Source of the DNA: Octopus vulgaris
Taxonomy: Eukaryota
NCBI GenBank assembly: GCA_951406725.2
Contig: OX597815.1
Span: 93,062,001-93,126,000, forward strand
Reading direction: 5' to 3'
DNA: 64,000 nucleotides
Shown piece by piece: positions 53,681-64,000 of the stretch (within the stretch, counting starts at the first letter, position 1; each line of letters begins with the position of its first letter). The position numbers and the translations under genes were made by a program. The notes beneath the pieces were generated by a model. It searched no databases, had not been told where the DNA came from, and worked only from the letters and a program-made list of their open reading frames with translations.

Positions 53681-53770
53681 CTCAAAAAATGAATCTATAT
53701 ATTCTGCAACTAAAAAATCAGATTTTGGTTTGTTTTCACAATATTTTACATACATATACAACCGTCTTTC
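53681..53770 (-). CDS. trio: Trio-like RhoGEF exon E ([30 protein letters not shown])
   Basis: tttcag acceptor, GTAAAA donor, 90 nt. ERRLxMYxxYCxNKPKS DH2 motif. Confidence 0.96.
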
Positions 53771-54161
53771 CTGAAATATAAAATAAGAATTTATAGATAT
53801 AGTCTGAAAGAATTGCTTTAAAATTATTAAAAATTTTAATATTTCAAGCCTTGATTTTGTAGGTTAAAATAAACTTAAGAATATACAGACCGATGACAAA
53901 ACATTGTATATTATATAGATCAAATGATGCACTATATACAATATTTAGATCGAAAGACATACTATATAATATGTTTTGGTGTCAATCTGTTGAAAACAGT
54001 TGCTTGGAAAAACAATTATTTGAACTGATAATTGCTTGAATCAATAATTAATTTAATTATAGCAAATATTTGAAATACGGAAAATAAGTTCTAGGAAAAA
54101 AAGTTTTAGCGTCACATTTTATTTACATATTTTTACAGTCTCTTCACAGCCTTTATTATAT

Positions 54162-54572
54162 TCATCATCATCATTGTTTAACGTCCGCTTTCCATGCTAG
54201 CATGGGTTGGATGATTTGACTGAGGACTTGATCTGACAGGGTTTCTACAGCTGGATGCCCTTCCTAACACCAACCACTCTGAGAGTGTAGTGGTTGCTTT
54301 TACATGCCACTAGCACGAGGGCCAGTCAGGCGGTACTGGCAACAGCCACGCTCAAATGGTGTTTTTTACATGCTACCTGCACAGGAGCCAGTCCAGCGGC
54401 ACTGGCAACGACCTCGCTCGAATGTTTTTTCATGTGCCACCGGCACAAGAGCCAGTAAGGTGACGCTGGTAACGATCAAGCTCGAACGGTGCTTTTTACG
54501 TACCACTGGCATGGAAGTCAGTTAGCCTCTCTGGCAATGATCACGCTCGGATGGTGCTCTTAGCACTCCACT
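54162..54572 (-). mobile_element. RTE-tailed SINE-like element (family D) with internal tandem units
   Basis: 3' end CCCATGCTAGCATGGAAAGCGGACGTTAAACAATGATGATGA and about four internal repeats of roughly 55-60 bp. Confidence 0.75.
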
Positions 54573-54849
54573 AAACCAACTATTGTTGGCTTAAAATCTA
54601 TGGTAACTGAATTAATATATAAACATGATGATGATTTTTACTGTACACAGAAATTAGTAGGACTATTGGGGATTTGCTGTTGCTGTGCTTGAGAAAACAC
54701 ATCCATCTCAATGCAAATGAGATCCTACAGCATTGTTTATCTCTATATACTTACTGGGCCCCCCTCCTGTACCCCTTCAAGTCTTTCCTCACCTCTCATC
54801 TTCCCAACACTCATCCCTCCGCTCTTCTAGCTATGGCACAATTCAGGTG

Positions 54850-55650
54850 TATATGTATCACATGAGAGCAGAATCCGCACATCACTCAACAATAATAAAA
54901 TTGGCAGAAATAGATTATGTAAGAGAAATATTACATGGCTTAAATCTGTTTTGGAATTAATGCAGTTTTGGATATTTCTGGAATCTTAAGGCTTTGGAAG
55001 GTTAAACATCAATCATCCCTCACCATATCATGGTTCACCTATCACCCACTTGGTACATCGGGATTTCTCTGGCTAATATATGTAAATTTATTTTGCGGAC
55101 TCCTCAGTATATCTGGATTTCTCCAGCCGATTCTTGTGTTGCTCCAGCTCTACCACAAGTGATTCCATATAAAATGTTCTCACCACCTTAATAGTTCCAG
55201 CTTAAAAATTTTTCTTGAATAGCTAATTTTTTAAATTCTTTAACTAATAATTTTATTTAATTTCAGATCTAATTCATCTAATAATATCAAACCATAATTC
55301 TAGTGGTAGCCTTACAACTGTATTCTGTACTGTTATTCTAATTAGTTGTTTTCATCCTTTTAAATCTTATCTGTTCTGATTTTCTCTTTATATTTTTCCT
55401 CCTCCTATTAATGGTACTTCCTAGAATATATTAGTAAACTCTCACCTCTTTCAACTTCTCCATCATATTTTCTTAGTCTACTTATCTCTCCACTAGTATA
55501 CATGCATAGAATAAATTTTTAGTTCCCTAAATATGGCAGTTTACAATAGCTCCAATGAATGGGGACTAAGATGATACTTTGTCTTCATAGTTGCTCCATT
55601 TGGGTGTCTTCCTGATAGTGTGATAACTTACTATTTAATTCATTACTATG
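54850..55650 (-). mobile_element. Possible decayed Penelope-like element fragment
   Basis: Weak remnants resembling the PLE RT C-terminus (LSPHS...TAIFR) and linker (CGRAG). Heavily degraded. Confidence 0.35.
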
Positions 55651-57249
55651 ATCTTATAAGTACCTTGTTTTCCCATATTTGTTTAACCAATATCAGCTAC
55701 ATATGTTACACCAAGACTGACAGAGACGGTTGGTGGAAAATTTCATTTAATATTATATGGGTTTACATAACTCTTTTCATTTGTATAATCTAATGTGTTC
55801 ATTGATGTAAAATTTCCACTAAATAGCAAAACAACTGTAACTGATTAATAACTGCATTACTCTCATCTGCATTCTTCTAGAAATATCAAACAATATACAC
55901 CAGATATAGAGATACAACTAAAACACTTGATACAATATAAAATCGTAATTAAACAGTTCATTCAATACTTCTTGGTTTAGTAAAGTGTTCCAGTTTATTA
56001 GACTCTTCTTACCTACTAAAGTGATCACGTATCTTGTGAAATGAATACAGCAGTATATAATAATGCTTACTATGTAATGTTGACATGTATGAATGTATAC
56101 CTCCGCAGGTACAAATTAAAATAAACTCAAAGCATGTTAATCTTGAAACAAATTAGAATAACCTTGAAGCAAACTAAAATTACCACTGAGCAAATTAAAC
56201 AGCAGATAATGAGATAAAACAACAGATGTCTATATCTTAAATTGTTAGGTCTTATGCTGTTTTGTTTCAAGCTTGAATTCATTTCATCATTTGACTTAGG
56301 TTTACAATGCTGTGTTTATTTACAGATGCTGAAAGCCAGTCTCAGAGCAAGATAGCTTATCTCAAGTTACAAGTACTGTGTCAAACAGGGAAGCAAGTAG
56401 GTGTGGGGCGTACAAGAAGTTTGTACTTGAAACTTGTATGCATGTACTGTCTGCCACTGAATGAGAAGACTAGGACTCTATTGCTATTGTACATGGTTTT
56501 TAAGAAGACAATAGCATATAGTTGGGTAAGCAGAGACTGTGTACCACATTTGTATTGCAGAGCTGTCCATAACAAAGTCCAGAAGATTGAACATGAAAAT
56601 ACTGAGTCACTTGAGCGATTTAAATGAATGCCAACAATTAGCATTTACATTCAATATAAGGACTGACTGCATCCCAACAAACTATACAGTAAGACATATT
56701 GACTGAAGAATGATTTCATTGTAACAGTTGTATTTGTGATAACAGTAGCTGTGTTATGTATTTCCAAAATAGATTATTCTCATGAAAGTTTAAAATTGAA
56801 CTGTAATTTATTACTCATTAGATAAAGGCATCAAAGTGGGGTGCCATTTTAATTTACTTCAAGCTTATTTTAATTTACTTTGAGCTTAATTAAACTTGCT
56901 TTAAGTGTATTTAATTTGTACTTGGAAAAGTGTAATACAATAATATCCAGTATTGTTTACTATGTACTGTTAATAAATAGTAACCTTTCATGATGCACTG
57001 TTGGTAGATATTAGAATAGTGTATAGTATTATTAACTTGTCTACTGTAACTAGTAACTAGCACAGTAGTATAATGGTATACAGTAACATTTACTTCTGTA
57101 CTGTTGGTAGAAACTAGCACAATAGTATAAAGTTTACTGAAACACTGTTGATAGGTAACTAGAAAAAGTATCTTTCAAATATAGATAACTTATTACCATA
57201 TTAATTACTAGTAACTGTGAATTAGTAACAAAGAGTTAAAGATACTCAC

Positions 57250-57319
57250 ATATCTTACAAACACAGATCCTAGCTTATCAGGTTCTTCTATACATTTTTC
57301 TAATTCAGGTTGAAATATT
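57250..57319 (-). CDS. trio: Trio-like RhoGEF exon D (EIFQPELEKCIEEPDKLGSVFVRY)
   Basis: ttcttttcag acceptor, GTGAGT donor, 70 nt, phase compatible. ELEKCxxxPxxLGxxF motif. Confidence 0.95.
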
Positions 57320-57415
57320 CTGAAAAGAAAAATATATAGATAAAAAAATAACACAATGGATAAACAATATAAAAAAGAAGACTGATGAAACTAATGAAAG
57401 AAAGCAGAGGAGGGG

Positions 57416-57486
<71 letters not shown>

Positions 57487-58577
57487 TCTGTGTTTATATT
57501 GACATATGCCAGCTCAATAAAGTTCACAAGCAGGAATATTTATTGTGTTGCAAGGATCTGAAAATTGCATGTTGTTATTTAGCCACAGGTAAGCTTTGAT
57601 CATGCAGAAATATAATGAAGGATATTCCAAATGTTGACCATTCTGTCTTTTTCCTAAGCACACATTATCCATTGTGTTCTCGTTTTTCTAAGATAATAAA
57701 GTGTGACCTGAGGATTTGCCTGCTATTTCTAGTAGGTCAAGCAGCTCCACAGAGACTCCACCTTACTGAGAGTTCTATTGTTTCAGTTAGTGACGCTTTG
57801 CTATTTTCCAGAGAAGAGATCTGCTACAAAAGTTAGAATTCTACTTCACCTCATCTTACACTACTTGACATTTTAATCACTTTATTAACATTAATTTTGC
57901 ATGTGAATATTTGGTGGCATCTGGATTATCCAACCCCTATCCTGGTGCATTAACAACAATGTATGTGTGTGTGTGTCAGTGTGTATATATATATATAAAA
58001 GAGAGAGAGAGAGATGTGGCTATCAAACAACTCCCTTCTCCAAAATAGTACTGTGGCAGTCAAATACAGTCAACCCACTCTATGAAGGGTAGCCATGGCA
58101 TATGTGCAGGGGAGGTGGGTGCTGGCAAATAAACCGGGTAATAGTTGTTGACACACTTGCAGCAGCAATATGATATGTAATAATTATTTCCAAAGAATAA
58201 ATTAGCAAGCAATTTAGAGTTTGCTCATATGAATGAGTTATATGAGTTGGAGTATCATTACTTACATAACTAACTGCAAATTTCAACACTCCATAAATTA
58301 CTATACTCTGGTGCAGTACTGAGTACATTTCATTTGTAAATTCACACACACTTGTAAGTATGTGTGAGAATGTACTTGCAAGTGTATGGATGTGAATGAG
58401 TGTGGGTATGAATTTGAGAGTGATTAAGTGAATGTAAGTGTGTGTGTGTGTGTATGAGAGAGAATATGTGTGGATGTGTGTGTGTATCAATCTATGAATG
58501 TGTGAGTGTGCATATGTGAACGTTTGTGTAGTTAAACATCAGTTTGAGAGAGGATCTAAAGATAACATGATACTTAC

Positions 58578-58681
58578 TCTCGATGCCAATCATATATCTG
58601 ATGAATATTACCAAATATTATCTTATCTTTTCCTTCCATGCCGTCTCTCAATGGATTCTCTTTTAGGTAGCCCATGTAGCC
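58578..58681 (-). CDS. trio: Trio-like RhoGEF exon C ([34 protein letters not shown])
   Basis: AG and GTAAGT boundaries, 104 nt. [17 protein letters not shown] is characteristic of Trio/Kalirin/p63RhoGEF DH2. Confidence 0.96.
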
Positions 58682-59000
58682 CTGAATACAACAGAAATTT
58701 ATTACATAAAACTGCCATATTGGAATACAAACATGATGATGATGACGATAAGGATAATGATAGCAATAGAGATGAAATAATATGCAATGAAAGTATGTTC
58801 AGAAAATCTGACAAACTGAATAGTTTACAACAAAAGATAAACAATATAGGATAAGTCACAAACCAAATGACAGAGTTCCTATGTAAGTCATTGATACCAT
58901 ATAAAGTTGCAGCTAGACCTTCCCCAACAAACTATTTGACTAGCTAACCGAAAACCTGTAAGCACCAAGGCCATTTTCAATAATTTACCAATATATATAT

Positions 59001-59183
59001 GTCACCACACTCATGCCAGTAACACATAAAAAGCACCCAGCATACTCTGTAAAGTGGTTGGCGTTAGGAAGGACATCTAGCCATAGAAACCATGCCAAAA
59101 CAGACAACTGGAGCTTGGACAGCTCTCCAGCTCCTTTCAAACCATCCAATCCATGCCAGCATGGAAAACATGTTAAACGATAA

Positions 59184-59188
<5 letters not shown>
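59001..59188 (+). mobile_element. Family D 3' fragment (others near 6600-6935, 14420-14580, 31100-31615, 44268-44510)
   Basis: AAAAGCACCCAG...GTGGTTGGCGTTAGGAAGG...CCATGCCAGCATGGAAAA..GTTAAACGATAATGAT. Confidence 0.75.
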
Positions 59189-59222
<34 letters not shown>

Positions 59223-59252
59223 CACACACACATATGTAACTGACAGTACACA

Positions 59253-59293
<41 letters not shown>

Positions 59294-59714
59294 TGTGTGT
59301 GCATGTGTGTGTTTATATATAAACTGGATCAGTTACAATGATGAGGGTTCAATTGTTGGATCAATTATATTACATGTATATCAACAGCCCTACTGCTTTG
59401 GCTATTCACTTACATGTCAATACAATGACTTGCATCAGGATTTACCTGGTGCTCAACAACAACCTTAAGGCCAGACATAGTGATATAACAATGACAAATT
59501 TTCCAATACCTATAGTTGCTTTACCCAGATGTATATCTACCAGAATGTTCTACAGTAAAAAATGTGCATCTATTTAATACAGGATGTTAACTAATTGTAT
59601 ATAGTTACCATCTCAAATGACAGTTATACACACATACAATCTCTCTATGTACATGTAGAGTTCACTTGATATTAAAGTTGACAGATAGAGTCTCAATATT
59701 TAATATCAACTTAC

Positions 59715-59781
59715 CTCAATAATAAGACCAAGGTCTTTAACATAGTCCCTCTCAGTTTCAACCAACTCTTTTATCACATAA
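59715..59781 (-). CDS. trio: Trio-like RhoGEF exon B, DH2 start (YVIKELVETERDYVKDLGLIIE)
   Basis: tttcag acceptor, GTAAGT donor, 67 nt. Contains the ELxxTExxYV DH signature. Confidence 0.95.
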
Positions 59782-61697
59782 CTGAAAAGAGAAACAAGTA
59801 TTGTTACTGAAGGCTATATCAATGATGATGATGATGATGATGATGATAAGTGAACAGCAGTTAAATCTTTCTCAAATCACACATACTATTTGTCTTCAAA
59901 GAAAAAGAAATGGAATGTGAAAGTAGGTAGAATGTAAACTGAGACAATAGACTGGGCGGTTATGGCAAGAAAGCCTTTGACCATAGGTCTACTCAGCCAA
60001 CATTCCACATGTCACAAGTTTATTGTAACATAATATATGGACACACATTGCTGGAAATAAAACCAAAAGATGGAGTTGGGTCCAGACTTACAAACCAGAA
60101 CAAACTGAAGGTTTTTGAAGGTGGTGATGGTTGCAGTGATGTTTGTGATGGATGTGGTGTTTTTTTTTATGATAATGATGTGGTGATTCTGGTTGATGAT
60201 AATGGTGGTTTTAGTGGTAGTGAGGGTGGTGGTTAAGCTGATAAATTTTATTAGAAACAACAGAAATTGCTTATACTTAACTATGTGTTGATGTGGAACT
60301 AAATAATTAATCTGAGAACGGTATTCAAATCCAGTTCAAACCTAACACAGTTATCAATAGCCTTACAGCTTTGGCTATCCACTTACATGTCCAGTTATGG
60401 CTTCATTTCTTCTGATGAGCTAAAGAGGAGTTAAGAAGTAGAGAGATGAAATATACGACTTGGATTAATACAGCATGATATCACTAAGTATCAACAACAG
60501 CAGTGCCACTGACTGTTTCAAATGTCTTTACTTTTTATTTTTAATGATTTATTCTTGAAGAAGGAGCTTTGCTCATGACATTCGCAGGCCCTTCAAGAAC
60601 AAGGAGACTGAATTTGTTGATGTTCCTCTTGAACAGCCCCCAGTTTACAATTGTAAGAGAAACATGAAGAAGAAGAGAATTCCAAAGGGGCTGATGTGTT
60701 GCAGTAGAAGACAAGAAAAAATAGTTAATGTGAGGCTTGAGAAGATCATGGATAAAATACAAGTCAGCTCTAAAGAGATATAATTATAAAAAAAAACATT
60801 TTATATATAAGTCTGGAGAGAAGGCAATGTTTGGGCTTCTGGGACTGTGAGTATATGGATTGAAGGTGGAAGGGAAGATATCCTCAAATCAGAGACCTGG
60901 CCCAAGTGCTTGCAACAGAGTGGACACTGGAAAAGCCAGTGGTGGTAATAATCCAGATGACAGATTAAAAGTCTATCAGCCAAATAGGCCATAGTGGAAT
61001 TAACAACTTAGAACACAGGATTGGAGCAAATACTGTAAACCATCTAGCCGAGTACATTTTTTATCAAGCCTGAGAGAATGAAAAACAAAATTGACCTTAG
61101 TGGGATTTGACAAATATTGTTAGGTATTTTGTCCAATAACTCTACCAATTCACCCTTGATAAAGCAAAGTAATACCATGTCAGGGAGATAGATGGTGAAG
61201 AGTGTTGGTACATTACTGCATACCAATTAGTTGGGTGGCTCTCTTTGGATGTGGCCTTGTTGGCATGTTTTCATTTATTACCAGTATCTTTCTGACAAAT
61301 GGATAAAGCATCTCTGTTTTCACAAATTTGAAACATAAACACAACTAGTTTGCTACACAAACACAGGTTTATAGCAAAAATATATAATCCAGTCTTGTGT
61401 TAAAGATATAAACACAATCTGATGTATCAACTGTTGAGATGTTTATGTAAATTATATTAGATATCATAAAGCAATAATTTGAGATTAAAAAATGTTATAT
61501 GTCCCTTGACAAGAACTGGAAATATATATATCTATTGCTCAGTAAATTATAGATACATGGGTCGAGACCTGGCAGTGGGCCTTTGTCTCTTTATTTCAGA
61601 TTGTTGTTTAAAATGTCTATATATCAAACAATACCATATTAGGGAATATTTGTGCAGATCAAAACTAAAGGAAAGCTTTCTTACTGACAGGACTTAC

Positions 61698-61912
61698 TTT
61701 CTTTTAAGAATATATTTTTCTTTATTTGCTACATCTCCGCTGCTGCTGCTGCCTCCTCCTCCTCCACCACCACTCGAACCCTTTGTCTGCTCTTCTGTTG
61801 TTTCTGCTTGATCTCCACTTCCAGCAGTTGTGCTAGTTGTAGTATTAGTAGTAGTGGTACTAGCTTGAGTTAATGATGAAGAAGCTGATGTTGAACCAGG
61901 CTCAGTTTGTTC
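61698..61912 (-). CDS. trio: Trio/Kalirin-like RhoGEF exon A: S/T/G-rich linker before DH2 (EQTEPGSTSASSS...GGGGGGGSSSSGDVANKEKYILKR)
   Basis: Acceptor ttttatag, donor GTAAGT, 215 nt open frame (phase 0 to 2). It joins the next exon to give KRNYVIKELVETE, the DH helix 1 start. Confidence 0.85.
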
Positions 61913-62377
61913 CTATAAAAAAGTGAAAAGAAAATTGATAAAAGTGAAAATGATAAAATAAACTTTGCTGGAAGTAAATGATACTAAGAAAAGGTCCGTT
62001 TTCTTAAATGCTATCAAAATAACCCTGAGTAAATCTCAACAGTATATTACATGGGTAATGACTAAGTCTTGTTAATCAACAATACATCAGAGTAAAGGGC
62101 TCATACACCAGATATTCTGAAATTATTGTGATAAGGATTTCAAAGATAGGCACAAGATGAAAAAATTTGTAGAAAGGGAGATTTCCCATTTAGAGTGATC
62201 CTAAAACTGGTATGTTTTTGATCTGGAAAGAAAGAAAACGTCAGTCATAATGACTTGAACTCAGAACATAAAGAGCTATACAACTAAATAAAACAAAGTA
62301 TTTTGTCTGGTGCTACCTTGATTCTCAAGCCTAATACACTACCAATGATGGTGATGATGATGATGATAATAATAATA

Positions 62378-62596
62378 ATCTTTTCTACTACAGGCACATG
62401 GCCTGAAATTTTTTTTTGGGGGGATGGGGTGGTCAATTACACTGACTCTATTGCTCAACTAGTACTTATTTTATTGACCCCAAAAGGATGAAAGGCAAAG
62501 TTAATCTTGGCAGAACCTGAACTCAGAAGGTAGAGACAGACAAAATGTTTCAGAGTATTTTGCCTGATGTGTTAACGATTCTGCAATCTTGCTGCC

Positions 62597-62598
<2 letters not shown>
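62378..62598 (-). mobile_element. Family C SINE, near full length (others near 16440-16635, 21355-21540, 32060-32250, 47578-47805, 48350-48640, 61040-61160, 62140-62340; opposite strand 30965-31110)
   Basis: On the minus strand: A-box GGCAAGATTGCAGAATCGTTAA, B-box GAGTTCAGGTTC, central CTTTGCCTTTCATCCTTTTGGGGTCAATAAAATAAGTAC. Confidence 0.8.
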
Positions 62599-62633
<35 letters not shown>

Positions 62634-62989
62634 TGATGATGATGATGATGATGCCCAGCATAAGCACATGATCCTTAAAGAGTAGAGGCGTTAAATGATA
62701 AAAATAGAACAAAAACATTCATAAAAGAAGATCTAATGGCTGATATGCCTCTCTTTCAATTTTGCAGTCTATGCAACGAAATAAAAATTATGCTCAGAAT
62801 GAAAACAAGGATAATATAGTGTATAGAGAACAGACATATTTAAAATATATATATTTTAAATAGAAACAAACTAGCAGGAGAAAAACAAAACAACATTGCT
62901 TGAAGTTAATGTGTAAGTCTTAAATCACTGAACATCGATTAGTTCAATAGTGAAAACAAATAAAATGTTACACACACGCACACACAATA

Positions 62990-63500
62990 CTGGGTAACTG
63001 TTACAGATCAAAGAGCAAACAACTGAAGTATTATAAATCACAGCAATAAGCAATATATAAACTGTGCAGTGACATTGTAAATTGAACAGTAACACCACAA
63101 ATTGTGCAATAATGGAATTAAACTGATCGGTAACATCACAAATGGTGCAGTAAAATTGTAAACTGTGCTGGAACATCATTAACTGTGCAGTAAACATAAA
63201 ATATGCAGTTTTATCATAACCTGTGTAGCAGGAACTGTAAACTGTGCAGTAATAAAGACAACTAGAAAAGCAGATTTCCTGGTAGATTTTAAGTTACCAA
63301 TAAAGACAATGTGTACTTTAATGGTGTCTAACATTTGTGGTTTTTTTTACTATAATTTAGTCTATTGACAGTTTATATTTAAGATCTAGAATTAATTTAG
63401 TCTACTGGTAACTAGCAGTCTACATTTATTGGTCACTAAAAGTTCACATCTTAGACTTATAGTTAATTTAAGTCTGCTGGTCATCAACAGTCTAGTACAA
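62990..63500. repeat. Degenerate minisatellites (aaactgtgcagtaacat; tagtctactggtcact)
   Basis: Periodic motifs at about 63040-63250 and 63330-63500. Confidence 0.6.
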
Positions 63501-63705
63501 AAAGCACATATGAAAATGGCATAATATTCTCTTATTTGTTAAACAGCTCTTTTAAATAACTGAGTCCTGGAGACAAAGTCAGTTTATCAGCTGACTACTA
63601 AACTTATCATGTCAAGCATTATGCTCTTAGTTATATATATAACAATAGCAACATTAATGAAGATTCCTGATCTCTGAACAGTCACCCATGTGATGAGGCA
63701 GTCCT

Positions 63706-63756
63706 TCACACGAAAGGATGGTTCATTCCTGTGACAGTATAGTCTTCAGCTGGAGA
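63706..63756 (-). CDS. Candidate alternative last exon upstream of GEF2 (SPAEDYTVTGMNHPFV*)
   Basis: tacag acceptor, open in phase 0 (same phase as exon A), non-repetitive GC-richer island. The acceptor tract is weak. Confidence 0.35.
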   Translation of the reverse strand, partial: SPAEDYTVTGMNHPFV

Positions 63757-64000
63757 CTGTACATGTGATGATAAAGTCCACATATAAGAATATTAAATAT
63801 GAGTATTGACAAAATCAGTCATAACTTCTGAAGGATTTAACAGGATTTCTCATATTTTTCATATCTTCTTATTTAAGAGAGTTATGTTTGATCTAAATCT
63901 ATTAACACTCATATGTGTTAATACTATATAACTATATTATTTTTCATCATTATATAGATTTAGATGCTGTGTCCCAGGCCAAGTAAATCCACACTACACT

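Noticed and set aside
55090-55165. LVVELEQHKNRLEK as a possible missing DH exon
   Set aside because: The real exon is 57250-57319. This segment lacks fitting splice sites and lies in decayed repeat.
63680-63740. Plus-strand TGATGA...CGAAAGGATG hammerhead look-alike
   Set aside because: The core begins with G rather than C, stem II does not pair and the cleavage triplet is wrong. It is better explained as the candidate minus-strand exon.

Overview
AT-rich, microsatellite- and SINE-dense eukaryotic DNA. The repeat families and the (TA)n/(TAA)n/(TGA)n pattern suggest an octopod cephalopod (inference). The one gene I can reconstruct is on the minus strand: 11 coding exons between 61912 and 43393, all with GT-AG boundaries and compatible phases. 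They encode a low-complexity linker plus the second (RhoA-type) DH-PH module of a Trio/Kalirin/UNC-73-family RhoGEF, ending in the Galpha-q-binding motif FLRALQSPIAYQ. The 5' part of the gene lies beyond the window. Candidate alternative last exons would truncate the protein before GEF2 (63706-63756) or replace the Gq-binding motif (47034-47089). A roughly 8.4 kb 3' UTR probably runs to a canonical poly(A) site near 34950. The remainder is tRNA-derived SINEs, decayed RTE, CR1/L2, Gypsy and Penelope-like elements, MITEs, minisatellites and several long palindromes. Three of the palindromes carry hammerhead-ribozyme-like cores in both arms. No prokaryotic systems are present. Repeat boundaries are approximate; the exon boundaries were counted by hand.
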